64,000 nt of DNA from an uncultured cyanobacterium (GCA_963793425.1 CAWCAG010000001.1:288001-352000), one strand, 5' to 3'. Positions 1-11,391 are shown, counted from the stretch's first letter. A program made the numbers and translations. The notes: generated by a model not told the origin, from the letters alone.

Positions 1-1511
1 TGAATAAAACTGATTAAAGTATCCCGTTCAGGACTATATTGAGCTTCAATTAAATCAAGAAGCCTTTTTTTGATCTGACTATAGTATTTTTCATGATAAG
101 GAATACTATGTTCTTGACCAACTAAAATTGAGCGCTTAGCAAGGGCAGGAATACGATTAACTTGAGAAGAAGTAGAGGCAATTAAAATATCTTTAGGTTG
201 TCTTCGTAACAAGCTATATAGTCCTGTGGGATAACCTGATTTATAGGAAAGTGGATCTGCTAATCCTATATCCTGACTTCTTAAAATTAGAGGATAAGTA
301 ATAAAAAGAGCAAGTAAGCTAATGGCAACAGCTAGACGTTTTTGTTGAGTTGTTGCTAAGAGGATTTTAAAGATTTTATCGAACACAACTGTTAAAACGA
401 TGCCTGCTGCAATAGCCATAAAAATACGCAAGCTATATTGGCTATAGCGACTAGGTAGATATAGCTTAAACAGAACAGCATGAGCAGCTAAAAAGAGAAC
501 TGTTGATACCAATAAAAGCTGGGGTAAAACAAATACATTACTATTAACACGTTGAACTAAAGGAAAATAGTTAGGGTATTTTTTAAGTAGAGGTAAACTA
601 AAACCGATAGCTGCCAAAATAGGGAAATAAAAAGCAGGTAAATCTTCCCATTCCACAGGGAAAAATCCTGTTCGTCCTCCATACAACCAAAATTCAATTG
701 GATCATTGATAAAAAGTCTGGTTCGCCCCTCTTCAGAAAACTCAATCATGTTTCTCGCTACATCTGCTGTAACCGTAGGGCCATAGGTAGACGTTTCTAG
801 TAAAATAGGTAGTAAGACCAGAAAGATAACTCCTAACCCCGACAAGCTCAAAAGATAATCTTTTTTGTGACGAGAAAAACTGAGTTTACGGTTTTGATAT
901 TTAATTAAGCGTAACAGTAAAATACCGGCGCAAATGAGTAAAGGAATAGGATAAATTAAACCTAAAAGAAGTAATGATGCTAAACAGGGAAACAAGCTCT
1001 TTTTAAGTAAATAATAAAGAAAAGCGAAAAGCAGAGGGTAAAGAAAAGCCCTTGCTGTAGCGGATGCTAAATCATCTTTCAACCAAATATTTTGATTGAG
1101 TAAAACAGTTGAGACGAAACCAGCAACAGGTACAGGAAATATTTGTAGAACTATATAAAAGCAGTAAGCTGTAGTTATTAAAGCTAGAAGGGGGGGAATA
1201 AGTTTACTGAAGAAAATAGGTTCAATTCCTAAAAAAGCAGCAAACTTATAGATGAATATATATCCAGGTTGTGCTATTGATTGATAATAATCAGCAATAA
1301 GATCATTAGGAAAAAGTTCTGAGTCAACAAAGCGCCAAAACCAGAATACGTGTTGTTGGGCATCATCTTGGATGATAAACTCTCCTCTAAACGCTTCTTT
1401 TAAAGATATAGCACCAAAAAAAAGGCTGATTATGAGACTTAAACTCAACCAAAATAATTGAGCTTGAGTTGAAACTTTGGCTAACGGCATTAAACTTTTA
1501 GAAGTAAGCAT
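1..1511 (-). CDS. Polytopic membrane protein of glycosyltransferase/EPS cluster (3' end outside window)
   Basis: Not in the ORF track because it has no stop in the window. Manual translation from ATG at 1511: MLTSKSLMPLAKVSTQAQLFWLSLSLIISLFFGAISLKEAFRGEFIIQDDAQQHVFWFWRFVDSELFPNDLIADYYQS...; many hydrophobic segments; open in the stretches checked. Confidence 0.75.
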   Translation of the reverse strand, partial: MLTSKSLMPLAKVSTQAQLFWLSLSLIISLFFGAISLKEAFRGEFIIQDDAQQHVFWFWRFVDSELFPNDLIADYYQSIAQPGYIFIYKFAAFLGIEPIFFSKLIPPLLALITTAYCFYIVLQIFPVPVAGFVSTVLLNQNIWLKDDLASATARAFLYPLLFAFLYYLLKKSLFPCLASLLLLGLIYPIPLLICAGILLLRLIKYQNRKLSFSRHKKDYLLSLSGLGVIFLVLLPILLETSTYGPTVTADVARNMIEFSEEGRTRLFINDPIEFWLYGGRTGFFPVEWEDLPAFYFPILAAIGFSLPLLKKYPNYFPLVQRVNSNVFVLPQLLLVSTVLFLAAHAVLFKLYLPSRYSQYSLRIFMAIAAGIVLTVVFDKIFKILLATTQQKRLAVAISLLALFITYPLILRSQDIGLADPLSYKSGYPTGLYSLLRRQPKDILIASTSSQVNRIPALAKRSILVGQEHSIPYHEKYYSQIKKRLLDLIEAQYSPERDTLISFI

Positions 1512-1565
1512 ATTAGAAGCAGATTGTATTGCAAAATTTACTGAATCTTCTTAGATTGAATTTAC

Positions 1566-2804
1566 TCAGGACTTACTCAATAATTGTTGGTAAGTTTCAA
1601 TTAGCTGCTTATTAAGTCGATTTATATCATAGTGAGATTCTACATAAGCCTGTCCCTGTTGACCCATTTCGGGCCAAATGTCTGCATGAACGATTAAATA
1701 GTCTAGCTTTTGTGCTAATGCTTCAGCATTTCTTTGAGGAACAAGAAAACCAGATACTCCATCTTGAACTATTTCTTGAATACCTTCTAATTCAGTACTA
1801 ACTACAGGTAAGCCCATTGCTAGGGCTTCTTTAATAACGTTAGGAGGGCCGTCTTCGTTGCCATCTTTACTAGTTACATTAGGAGATAAAAAAAGATGAG
1901 ATTTGTCAATGATTTCAATCACTTCTTGTTGTTGTTTTGCTCCCCAAAGTTTGACTTTACTACCTATATCTAGTTCCTTAATTAGCTTTTGCAACTCTCC
2001 TCGCAAAGTTCCCTCCCCCACAATATGGTATTCAATATCGGGGTGCTTTTTAGCTAGGATAGCAATGGCTTTTAGTCCGTACTCTAGACCTTTTTTTGCT
2101 TCTAAACGCCCAACTGTGATAATACGAATCGGACTATTAGCAGGAAGGTAACGAGGAGTAAAAGAAAAGCGATCGCAATCAATAGCAGAACGTAACACTT
2201 TTATTTTCTCTTCATCACAACCTAATTTAAGTAAGAGGCGTTTAAAATAATCGCAGTTGGGCAATAACAAATCACCACGGGTAAATAGTGGCTTATAGAC
2301 ATTTTTTCCAGACCTTTTAACATACTCGCTAATATCGTAGCCGCGAAAGGATGTAAGCAATTTAGCTTGAGACAATCCAAGACTACGAAAGTGCTGACAT
2401 TTTAAGCCTAATTCTCCAAACTGACAGTGAATAATATCATAAGGTTGCTTACCAAAAAAGGGTAAAACCCCATAAATTAATTTAAAAGAAATAGCATCTT
2501 GAGAGTATTTAAAGATATTAAGGGTACGTAGGGCAACCAGCGGGGCTTTGTAACTATTTAATAGCAACAAACCTAATCCTTTAATAATGCGCCAGAAGCG
2601 ATTTTCTGGCATTTGACTGGGATAGTAAGTATTTTTTAGTAACTGATATTTTTCTACTTCTGGATGTACCTTGACAGTATCACCTTTGCCATTATAAGCA
2701 TAGATATCTACTTCATGTCCCTGTTTAATAAGAGCGACGATTTGGTTAAGAATAAATGTTTCTGATAAAGTAGGAAACCGCCAGACGACGAAGGCAATTC
2801 TCAT
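1566..2804 (-). CDS. GT4 glycosyltransferase, WcaL/AmsK-like
   Basis: FPTLSETFILNQI N-terminus, HCQFG, SFRGYD, VGRLEAKKG, EDGPPNVIKEALAMGLPVV. Confidence 0.9.
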   Translation of the reverse strand: MRIAFVVWRFPTLSETFILNQIVALIKQGHEVDIYAYNGKGDTVKVHPEVEKYQLLKNTYYPSQMPENRFWRIIKGLGLLLLNSYKAPLVALRTLNIFKYSQDAISFKLIYGVLPFFGKQPYDIIHCQFGELGLKCQHFRSLGLSQAKLLTSFRGYDISEYVKRSGKNVYKPLFTRGDLLLPNCDYFKRLLLKLGCDEEKIKVLRSAIDCDRFSFTPRYLPANSPIRIITVGRLEAKKGLEYGLKAIAILAKKHPDIEYHIVGEGTLRGELQKLIKELDIGSKVKLWGAKQQQEVIEIIDKSHLFLSPNVTSKDGNEDGPPNVIKEALAMGLPVVSTELEGIQEIVQDGVSGFLVPQRNAEALAQKLDYLIVHADIWPEMGQQGQAYVESHYDINRLNKQLIETYQQLLSKS

Positions 2805-2819
2805 AGTAAATAGTTTTTC

Positions 2820-3986
2820 CTATAATAACTCCAAAAAAAGCTCCTTGGCAGCTTGTGCGGCAACTGACCAGTTGAGTCTTTTTTTATATTCTTCAAAGGC
2901 GCGAAAAGCTAGTTCTTGGTATTTTTTGTAGTCACTCATTAGAGGGATAATATAGTTACAATAGTTAGAAATATCAGTATTAATAGGAAAAGTTTTGCCA
3001 TTAATGTTAGTTTTAACTATAGTTGGTATACCTCCTACATTAGTAGTTAAACAAGGTATACCAAAAGAATTAGCTTCACAAAAAACATGGCCATAACATT
3101 CTGCTTGCGAAGGTAAAAGCAAAAAATGGGCTTCAGAGAATAACTGGCTGATCTTCTCCTTTCCTTCAGGTTGAGATTTATCCACAAAACCTACAACTTT
3201 TACAAAATCTGGTAAAGCTTCTTTAACTTTAGGTTTGCACCCCACAACAACTAGTTGTGTTACTATACCAAGTTGATTAAGTTTTTTAGCTACTTTAAGG
3301 GCTATATCACCTCCTTTTCTTTGCCAATCAACACCAAAAAATAATAATTTGCAGGGACTACTAGGGCGAGAATTAATAATCATCCTCACTTCATCTTCAT
3401 TAGGACTGAAATCTAAGTTAGCACCCCAAGGAATGACCTTAATTTTACTTGAATCAATATGATAAAATTCTTGAGCTTTTTGGGCTGCCCAATCCGAGGT
3501 ATAAAGTATAAGTTGGCAGCGTTGTAAGGTTGCTTTTTCTAGCCTACGAATATTGTTAGCTGTTTCAGTGCAAAGATTACTTAAATAAGGATAAAAGTCA
3601 ATCAAAGATGCCAAAGTAGAATCTGTCCATAAAACTAGGGGTTGTTGACAGTTAAGATAAGCTAAAGGTAGAGCATTATCAGGACAAAGGACAATATCAC
3701 TCTTAAGCTTAGCCAACTTTTTGCTAACTTGCTGACCTTGATTTTTGACAACTATTGGTTCTGCCCAACGATAATAGTCTTTGTTGAAAAACTGACGATA
3801 AAAAGACCATTTTAAACGGGTAATTAAAGAGAACCTTTTTTCTAATGGTCCCAGATAATCTAGATTTATACTCTGCTCAGAAAACTCTTGAGCAAGATAA
3901 TAAGCTGCTTGGCACAAACCCGGTTGACTGGTGGGCCAATTAACTTGATCCTGAAGATTATAGGGAGTGAGGTAAGCAATTTTCAT
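2820..3986 (-). CDS. GT4 glycosyltransferase
   Basis: LLFFGVDWQRKGG, PSQAECYGHVFCEANSFGIP motifs. Confidence 0.88.
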   Translation of the reverse strand: MKIAYLTPYNLQDQVNWPTSQPGLCQAAYYLAQEFSEQSINLDYLGPLEKRFSLITRLKWSFYRQFFNKDYYRWAEPIVVKNQGQQVSKKLAKLKSDIVLCPDNALPLAYLNCQQPLVLWTDSTLASLIDFYPYLSNLCTETANNIRRLEKATLQRCQLILYTSDWAAQKAQEFYHIDSSKIKVIPWGANLDFSPNEDEVRMIINSRPSSPCKLLFFGVDWQRKGGDIALKVAKKLNQLGIVTQLVVVGCKPKVKEALPDFVKVVGFVDKSQPEGKEKISQLFSEAHFLLLPSQAECYGHVFCEANSFGIPCLTTNVGGIPTIVKTNINGKTFPINTDISNYCNYIIPLMSDYKKYQELAFRAFEEYKKRLNWSVAAQAAKELFLELL

Positions 3987-5161
3987 GAGCTAACTACCTC
4001 CTTTTCTGCTAAAAGCTTTGCTGCTGCTTTTCCTGCGACTGTCCAATTAAGTCGAGTCTGATATTCACCAAAAGAAGATAAGGCTAATTCTTGATATTGA
4101 GAATAATTAGTAAATAAATTATAGATGTAGTTACTATATTCCCTAATTTCTGCTTCAAGGGGAAAAGCCTTGCCGTTAAAACCTTCTCTAATAACTGTTG
4201 GTATTCCTCCTACTTTCGTAGCGACACAGGGAACCCCAAAAGAGTTAGCTTCACAGAGAACATTGCCATAGGTTTCTGCCCTCGAAGGAGTAATTAAGAA
4301 ATGAGATGTGGCAATAATGTTGTTGAGCTTTGCTAACCCAGATTTACTCGATTTTTTAATATAACCTAAACTATTAATATAATCAGGTATTTCTTGTTCA
4401 CTTTGTACCTGACAGCCAACAACATTTAACTCTACATCTAAATCTGCTTTGTGCAATTCTTTAGCAATTTGTAAAGCCGTCTCTCCCCCCTTACGCAACC
4501 AATCTACTCCTAAAAAAAGTAATTGACATTTCTCAGTTGAGCGAGATGCAACTAAATTTTCAATATCTTCTAAGGTACGATCACAGTTTATATTTGCACC
4601 AGAAGGAATAATTTTTACTTTATGAGGATCGGTTTGATAGTAATTAATTGCTGTTTGTGCTGCCCAGTCTGAAGAGAAAATTACCAGTTGCGATCGCTCT
4701 AATGCCAAACGATCCATTTCCCTTAAGTCTTGCTTCGTTTCTTGAGCAAGATTGCTAAAATCAGAATAGGCATCAATAAGTCCTGGTAAAGAGAATCTGT
4801 CCACAAAACTAATCGTAGAGAACAATCTAAATAAGCAATCAGATTAATATCAGGACATAAAGCAATATCTCCTAGTTGAGTTAACTTGGTTTTAAATCTG
4901 TACAGCGTGTTGTCGACACACTTTTTGTTCTGCCCAAGAGAAATAAATTTTTCTGCAAAAATATTTGATAAAATCGCCTCTTTAGTTTGGGTACCATGAC
5001 TACTTTTGCTTCTAAAGAAGCAATATAATTAAAAGTTGTAGAATTACGCTGTAGCTTTTCTGGCTTGATAACATCTTTCCAGTGCCCTACTGCTTTGGAT
5101 GATGGTCACTTCGAGCCATAGAATTTTAAATATTAAACTCACTAAGATAAGCTATTTGCAT
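3983..5161 (-). pseudogene. Degraded GT4 glycosyltransferase, paralogue of 2820-3986
   Basis: ATG at 5161 gives MQIAYLSEFNI* (cf. MKIAYLTPYNL of the neighbour), followed by further stops/frameshifts. The 3' 280 codons (3983-4825) are intact with GVDWLRKGG and AETYGNVLCEANSFG. Confidence 0.8.
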
Positions 5162-5169
5162 TTCTTAGT

Positions 5170-6141
5170 TTAAAACACTAGCAATAAAATCATGCTAACA
5201 AAAGGACTTAATAATTTGCCAAGTCGCGATTGAAATTCACAAGCTTTACTAATATCTTCTGCTAGTAAATCTCTATGCTTCAAATAGTAAGAACCAACTT
5301 TATAAGCATCTGAAGCTAAGTATAAAGGTAGCAAAAAGATCATCAAAGGTTTTTGCCAAGGCTGCAATCTAACTAAGCGTAATAAATGATTAGAAAGTCC
5401 GGAAGTATAAGCTACCTTTTGTAAATATCCTGCTTCTAACCTTCTGCTGGGAATGTGATGCCAAATCTCCATCTTCGGGTTATGCCACACTTCCCAGTTA
5501 CTGTTTTGAATACGGTACATAACTTCTAAATCTTCGCAAGCACCAAGCAAAGTTTTTTTCGCTTCGTCTCTACCCATCAAAAAGAGTTTGTCGGCTACAC
5601 ATTCTTGCCAAGCTTGCTTCCTAATTACTGAACCTGGGGCTGCGGGGATGCGTCGAGGTTTAGCATTACGTTTGTATTGAAAAGCTTTAGGTCCACGATT
5701 ATAAATAGCGAAAAATAGTTTTATTTGAGAGAAATAAGGGGGTGGAGTTTCGTCTAGCTTGGCATGAATAATACCACCATAGGCTCCCGCTTGAGGATGT
5801 TCTTGACCAAAATAATAAGCTTGGGCTACCCAATTACGGTCAGGAAGGTTATCATCATCCAAAAAACCAATCAAACTATGACTTTTCGCTTCTTTGACGG
5901 CGCGATTTCGGGCAAAAGAAACTCCTTGTTGCCCCTCAAAAATATACCTTAATTGACAATCTTCTCGCCATTGCTTTTGATATTCTGTCACTATTCCAGC
6001 AGTGTTATCTTGGCTGTTATTATCAACCACAATAACTTCCCACTGCAACTTTTCTGTACCAACCTGATTCTGTAAATGTTCTAAAACCGCTGGGATACGT
6101 TTTGCTCCGTTATAGGTACAAATTGTCACCGTAAAATCCAT
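5170..6141 (-). CDS. GT2 glycosyltransferase, HpsE-like (hormogonium polysaccharide type)
   Basis: TICTYNGAKR, VVDNNS, GFLDDDNLP, GACEDLE motifs. Confidence 0.85.
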   Translation of the reverse strand: MDFTVTICTYNGAKRIPAVLEHLQNQVGTEKLQWEVIVVDNNSQDNTAGIVTEYQKQWREDCQLRYIFEGQQGVSFARNRAVKEAKSHSLIGFLDDDNLPDRNWVAQAYYFGQEHPQAGAYGGIIHAKLDETPPPYFSQIKLFFAIYNRGPKAFQYKRNAKPRRIPAAPGSVIRKQAWQECVADKLFLMGRDEAKKTLLGACEDLEVMYRIQNSNWEVWHNPKMEIWHHIPSRRLEAGYLQKVAYTSGLSNHLLRLVRLQPWQKPLMIFLLPLYLASDAYKVGSYYLKHRDLLAEDISKACEFQSRLGKLLSPFVSMILLLVF

Positions 6142-7124
6142 AGATTTCCCCTTCCAAAACCACCATTTACTAAGTTTTGTTTTAAATACTGTTTACCAAG
6201 GTAAAAAGGACTTATCAAGCTGCCGACAATTAACTCCATTTCGCAAGCTGTTACGGTATCGCTTTTAATTTGTTTGCCATACTTGAAAAAATGAGCTATT
6301 AGCTTACGCAGATCGTTGATTACATAAAGAGGAAAAACAAAAGGCCACTGCCAACTTGAAAAACTCAGCATTCGGGTATGATAGCGACTAAGACCGACTC
6401 CCCGACAGAGATTAAGTAATTGCTCTTTTTCTAAACGATGTTGAGGAATTTGATGATCAACTTGCATTTTGGGGTTATACCAGATTTCCCAATCGGCTTT
6501 TTGAATATGCAGTAAAGCTTCTAAATCTTCTCCTGGTAGCTGACAACCAGCCACTCTCCCCTGTAAAAAACAATTTTTGGGTACGCTTGCTAGCCAAGCT
6601 TGTTTACGCACTACTAAACCTGCTCCTGGAGGCAAAACTTTTTTTTCAGGGTAGTAAAGCCTTACCTGTGAACCTCAATCCGTAAGAGCAAGGAAGGCAG
6701 CAATACGCTGGAAATTATCTGGAGGAGAAGTTTCAAATTCTCCATAAATCCGACTACCATAGGCTCCTGCTTGAGGATAATTCCGACCAAAGCTATAGGC
6801 TGCTGCTACCCAATGGAGATGGGGTAAATTATCATCATCAAGAAAACCTATTAATTCTCCCTTTGCTTCTTCTACAGCTTTTTGCCTAGCGATTGCTAAT
6901 CCTTGTTGAGGAACAAAAAGGTATCTTAGATGACATTTCTGTGACCAATTTTCTTGGTGGTTTTTGACTATCTTGAGAGTATCATCACTACTGTTGTTAT
7001 CAACTACAAGAATTTCCCAGTTAATCCCCTCTATGCCCTTTTGAAGCTTCAGCTTTTCTAAGACTTGAGGGAACCTTTTAGCACCGTTATAAGTACAAAT
7101 GGCTATAGTTACATCTATGGGCAT
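6126..7124 (-). pseudogene. hpsE: HpsE-like GT2 glycosyltransferase interrupted by one in-frame TGA (6675-6677)
   Basis: ORFs 6675-7124 and 6126-6635 share a frame; continuous reading ...FLALTD*GSQVRLYYPEKKVLPPGAGLVVRKQAW... Confidence 0.8.
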
Positions 7125-7386
7125 ATTACGTGCATCTACTCACTAACCGGGCGATTAAATGGTTCAAAAATAAATTTCAAACTGCTTTTTTTCTTTAACA
7201 ACTAAGAGTCATGGGCAGATTATTTTGTTCCTCAAACCATCAACTATGGTAGTCTAACTTAGATTTTTTCAATAGAAACTTTCCTAAACCTTTTAGCTAC
7301 TAATTTAAGTCGAAAGGAATAGAAAAATAGAAAAAAAACCCTAAAAGGGTATAGATATATTTAGGGCATTCAAGTTCAATGAATCT

Positions 7387-8436
7387 TTAAGAGGAAGCTA
7401 TCAAAGACCCTTGAGATAAATTATCTTCCAGAGTATTTTCTGTCCAAGGGGAGCCATCTGGAGTTTCCAGAACAAAACCAGCATCCCGAATCATTTCCCA
7501 ATCCTGACTAGCCCCTTGCCCTGGGGTAGTTAAATAATCGCCAATAAAAATAGAATTAGCAGCATAAAGACCTAAAGGTTGAAGCGATCGCAAATGAACT
7601 TCTCTTCCTCCGGCGATACGAATTTCTTGGCTAGGTAGTAGGTAGCGGAATAAACAAAGTATACGCAGACAGCGGCGGGGATTGAGTTGTGAGAAATCAG
7701 CAAAGGGAGTACCAGGGATAGGAATGAGGAAATTAACGGGAACGCTCGTTACTTGTAATTCTCGTAAAGATAAAGCTAAATCAATCACATCTTCATCACT
7801 TTCTCCCATACCAAAAATTCCTCCACAACAACTAGTAATACCAGCCGCTTGGACATTTTTAATAGTTGCCATGCGATCACCAAACTTATGAGTAGTACAA
7901 ATATCCTCATGATGTTCTTGGGAAGTATTCAAGTTATGGTTAACCCGATCTACCCCAGCTTCAGCTAAACGGCAAGTTTGTTCTTCACTCAACAAGCCCA
8001 GGGTAGTACAAACTTTCAAGTCATAATTAGCTTTAATTGCTCGTATTGCCTCTAAAATTTTAGTAAAGACTAGTTCAGAAGGAGAGCGTCCTGAAATAGC
8101 CATACAGAAAGTTCCTGCTTTCAACTGAGCAGCCCTAGCCGCAGCAGCAAGAATCTTATCTTGGGCTAAAAGAGGATACTTATCTATCTCCGCCGTAGAA
8201 ATTTTCGACTGAGAACAGTAATGACAATCTTCTGGACATAAACCGCTTTGAGCATTAAGCAAAAAATGTAGCCGTACTTTATTTTGCCAATAATGGTGGC
8301 GTATACGGTAGACAGCAGCCAGTTGAGAGAGTAAAACCTCATCGGGGGCTTGAAGCACTTCCCTCCCTTGTTCACGGGTTAATACTTCCCCGGCCAGGGC
8401 TTGATCTGCTAGTAAATTCCAGTCTAATTTGCTCAT
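7387..8436 (-). CDS. bioB: Biotin synthase
   Basis: Radical [47 protein letters not shown]. Confidence 0.95.
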   Translation of the reverse strand: MSKLDWNLLADQALAGEVLTREQGREVLQAPDEVLLSQLAAVYRIRHHYWQNKVRLHFLLNAQSGLCPEDCHYCSQSKISTAEIDKYPLLAQDKILAAAARAAQLKAGTFCMAISGRSPSELVFTKILEAIRAIKANYDLKVCTTLGLLSEEQTCRLAEAGVDRVNHNLNTSQEHHEDICTTHKFGDRMATIKNVQAAGITSCCGGIFGMGESDEDVIDLALSLRELQVTSVPVNFLIPIPGTPFADFSQLNPRRCLRILCLFRYLLPSQEIRIAGGREVHLRSLQPLGLYAANSIFIGDYLTTPGQGASQDWEMIRDAGFVLETPDGSPWTENTLEDNLSQGSLIASS

Positions 8437-8554
8437 TATTTATAGGTATTTCGATTATTGACCAATTTCTAGATTAGTATGCAAGAGCAGTTGTCTAGCA
8501 AACGATGTTTTAGAATAAAACAATGTTTAGCTAATATTTAGGTTAATTACAAAT

Positions 8555-9670
8555 ATGTCAGTCCTGGCGGCAATCGGAGTCCTGGCGCTTTTAATAGTTG
8601 TCCACGAGTTGGGTCACTTTTTAGCAGCACGTCTACAAAATATTCACGCAAACCGTTTCTCTATCGGCTTTGGTCCTACATTACTGAAGTATCAAGGCTC
8701 TGAAACTGAGTATGCCATCAGAGCTTTTCCTTTGGGAGGGTATGTAGGGTTTCCTGATGATGACCCTGATAGTGATATTCCCCGTGATGATCCCAATTTA
8801 CTTAGCAATCGTCCCATTCTCGACCGAGCAATTGTAATTAGTGCTGGGGTAATCGCTAATTTAATTTTTGCTTATTTCCTGCTCGTCGGTCAAGCTTTCA
8901 CCGTCGGTATTCCCGTCTTTAATGCTCAAGGTATTCCTGAATTTGATTATCAGCCTGGGGTACAAATCACTCAAGTAACGGCGGAAGATAATTCCCCTGC
9001 TTTCCAAGCTGGTATTGAGCCTGGGGACGTAGTTTTGGCTATTGATGGTCAAGAGTTTGGAGCATCTCGTCAAGCAGTAACTAGTTTCATCGAAAAAGTT
9101 CAAACTTCCCCTCAAGAAACCTTAGAATTTCAACTTTTACGAGGAGAAGAAAAACTTACTGTTGGTGTAACCCCAAGACTAGATGAAAAAAATAAAGGCA
9201 AAATTGATATTGGTCTTGCTCCCAATGGTCAAGCTTTAAAAGATCATCCCAAAAACTTAGCTGAGGGGTTTTCCCTAGGTGCAAAGCACTACCAAAAAGT
9301 GGTTTTTCTCATTCTTGGAGGATTTGTGCAACTAGTTGGTAATTTCGGGGAAACTGCCAAGCAAGTTGCTGGCCCAGTAGCTATTGTCGCTATGGGGGCA
9401 AATATTGCTAGTTCCAACGCTGGGAGTTTATTTGAATTTGCGGCTTTAATTAGCGTCAACTTAGCGATTATCAATATCTTACCCTTACCTGCTTTAGATG
9501 GTGGACAGTTAGCCTTGTTATTAGTAGAAGCCTTACGGGGCAAACCTTTACCAAGCAGACTCCAAGATGGCATCATGCAAACTGGATTTTTGCTTTTAAT
9601 GGGTTTAGGTGTATTCTTAATCGTCCGAGATACGGTTAATTTGACCAACTTACAGCAGTTATTTCAGTAA
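8555..9670 (+). CDS. rseP: RIP metalloprotease RseP with PDZ domain
   Basis: HELGH, NILPLPALDGG, PDZ segment. Confidence 0.95.
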   Translation: MSVLAAIGVLALLIVVHELGHFLAARLQNIHANRFSIGFGPTLLKYQGSETEYAIRAFPLGGYVGFPDDDPDSDIPRDDPNLLSNRPILDRAIVISAGVIANLIFAYFLLVGQAFTVGIPVFNAQGIPEFDYQPGVQITQVTAEDNSPAFQAGIEPGDVVLAIDGQEFGASRQAVTSFIEKVQTSPQETLEFQLLRGEEKLTVGVTPRLDEKNKGKIDIGLAPNGQALKDHPKNLAEGFSLGAKHYQKVVFLILGGFVQLVGNFGETAKQVAGPVAIVAMGANIASSNAGSLFEFAALISVNLAIINILPLPALDGGQLALLLVEALRGKPLPSRLQDGIMQTGFLLLMGLGVFLIVRDTVNLTNLQQLFQ

Positions 9671-9701
9671 TTAGAAGGGAGTAGGAAGCAGTAGGGGGAA
9701 T

Positions 9702-10346
9702 ATGCGTAAACAGCCTGAAAAAACAGAGCGAGCTTTAGAAATTTTAGTTCGCCTCAAAAGGCTTTATCCTGATGCTACTTGTACCCTGGACTATGAAACC
9801 ACTGTACAACTTTTGGTAGCAACTATCCTTTCTGCTCAATGTACTGACGAGAGAGTGAATAAAGTCACTCCAGCTCTATTTAAACGCTTCCCTGATGCTG
9901 CTTCCTTCGCTAAGGCTGATTTAACAGAATTAGAAAATCTTATCCGTTCTACGGGCTTCTATCGCAATAAGGCTAAGAATATTCAAGGGGCTTGTAGCTT
10001 AATTGAGACTAATTTTGGCGGGCAAGTCCCCCAAGTAATGGAAGAATTACTAACCTTACCGGGGGTGGCCCGCAAAACCGCTAATGTCGTGCTGGCACAC
10101 GGCTACGGCAAGAATCAAGGTGTAACGGTAGATACCCATGTTAAACGTCTTAGCAAGCGTCTTGGCTTAACCGCAAGCGATAAGCCCCTACGTATAGAAA
10201 AAGACTTAATGGCATTGCTACCCCAACCAGACTGGGAAAACTGGTCAATTCGCCTAATCTACCACGGTAGAGCAATTTGCAAAGCCCGCAAACCCAATTG
10301 CCCAGAATGCCAGTTAGCCGATCTCTGTCCCAGCGCTGATCAATGA
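9702..10346 (+). CDS. nth: Endonuclease III
   Basis: LSAQCTDERVN, LPGVARKTAN HhH, VDTHV, C-terminal CX6CX2CX5C. Confidence 0.97.
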   Translation: MRKQPEKTERALEILVRLKRLYPDATCTLDYETTVQLLVATILSAQCTDERVNKVTPALFKRFPDAASFAKADLTELENLIRSTGFYRNKAKNIQGACSLIETNFGGQVPQVMEELLTLPGVARKTANVVLAHGYGKNQGVTVDTHVKRLSKRLGLTASDKPLRIEKDLMALLPQPDWENWSIRLIYHGRAICKARKPNCPECQLADLCPSADQ

Positions 10347-10487
10347 TCAATGTTCAATGTACGGCTTGCCTTTGCTGCTGGGCATCAGATCCCCAGCTCC
10401 CTATTCCCAAAGATTCTCTAACATGGCCTAAGTTGGTCTAAAATAGTAAAGCAATATCTTCAAACTGAGAAATAGTACCTAAATTTT

Positions 10488-10790
10488 ATGGCTAAGAAGT
10501 CTATGATTGAGCGCGAAAAAAAGCGCCAAAAACTTATTGACAAATATGAAGAGAAAAGAGCAGCTTTAAAAGAAGAATTTAGAACTGCTCCTTCACAGCT
10601 AGAAAAGCTAGAAATTCATCGCAAAATCCAGAATTTACCCCGTAACAGCGCCCCTAACCGCAAACGCAACCGCTGCTGGGTTACAGGTCGTCCTCGCGGT
10701 TACTATCGTGATTTTGGACTTTCTCGTAACGTCTTTCGAGAATGGGCCCACGAAGGATTGTTACCTGGGGTTGTTAAGTCTAGTTGGTAG
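10488..10790 (+). CDS. rpsN: 30S ribosomal protein S14
   Basis: [10 protein letters not shown]...[20 protein letters not shown]...PGVVKSSW. Confidence 0.98.
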   Translation: MAKKSMIEREKKRQKLIDKYEEKRAALKEEFRTAPSQLEKLEIHRKIQNLPRNSAPNRKRNRCWVTGRPRGYYRDFGLSRNVFREWAHEGLLPGVVKSSW

Positions 10791-10793
10791 AGA

Positions 10794-10858
10794 AAGTAAT
10801 AAGTAATAAGTAATAAGTAATAAGTTAAGAACAGCCTATTACCTATTACCTATTACCT
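10794..10858. repeat. Heptamer repeats (AAGTAAT)x4 and complementary-type (CCTATTA)x3; possible terminator hairpin
   Basis: Seen directly between convergent rpsN and 10933-11268. Confidence 0.7.
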
Positions 10859-10932
10859 AAAAAGTAATCAAACCAGAGCTGCCATAACTGATAACTGATG
10901 CCTAATGGCAACGGCAAGCCCTACATTGATTA

Positions 10933-11268
10933 TTAATTTCCACAGCAATGATCAATGCCGAGGCTATCTAAAATTAGTTCACTAACGGCATTGGCGATCG
11001 CAAACTCACTATAAAAGCTTTCTCTGAAATCAAAAGCTTCCATCTCCGTGACAATGGCAATCACCAAACAACCAAGATCATTTTCTCCTTCAAAACGATG
11101 GCGGAGGTAGATTTGAGAAGCCCTTTGGGCAATAGTTAAGTTAATCTTTTCTGGGATAAACTCTTCGTTAAGCCAGTTATGTAAAGAAGTTTTTAACCAT
11201 TCACCTTCTTGCTCTGGATTTTGGGCTGTAGGTAAGGTGATTGGCGGTATTGGTTTGAATTGTGCCAT
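10933..11268 (-). CDS. Conserved cyanobacterial hypothetical protein
   Basis: 111-aa ORF; WLNEEF, FAIANAVSELILDSLGIDHCCG. Confidence 0.75.
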   Translation of the reverse strand: MAQFKPIPPITLPTAQNPEQEGEWLKTSLHNWLNEEFIPEKINLTIAQRASQIYLRHRFEGENDLGCLVIAIVTEMEAFDFRESFYSEFAIANAVSELILDSLGIDHCCGN

Positions 11269-11391
11269 TTTTCTATAAATAAATAAGCTATAAAATATGA
11301 ATTATAAATCGTCAATTTCTCACGGACTAAGTGGCAACAGCAACTTAATCTAACAGTAACGTTAATATGCCTAACCCTGAATCAACAAACT

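Noticed and set aside
557..745. 62-aa ORF from the track
   Set aside because: Alternate frame inside the long 1-1511 membrane protein gene
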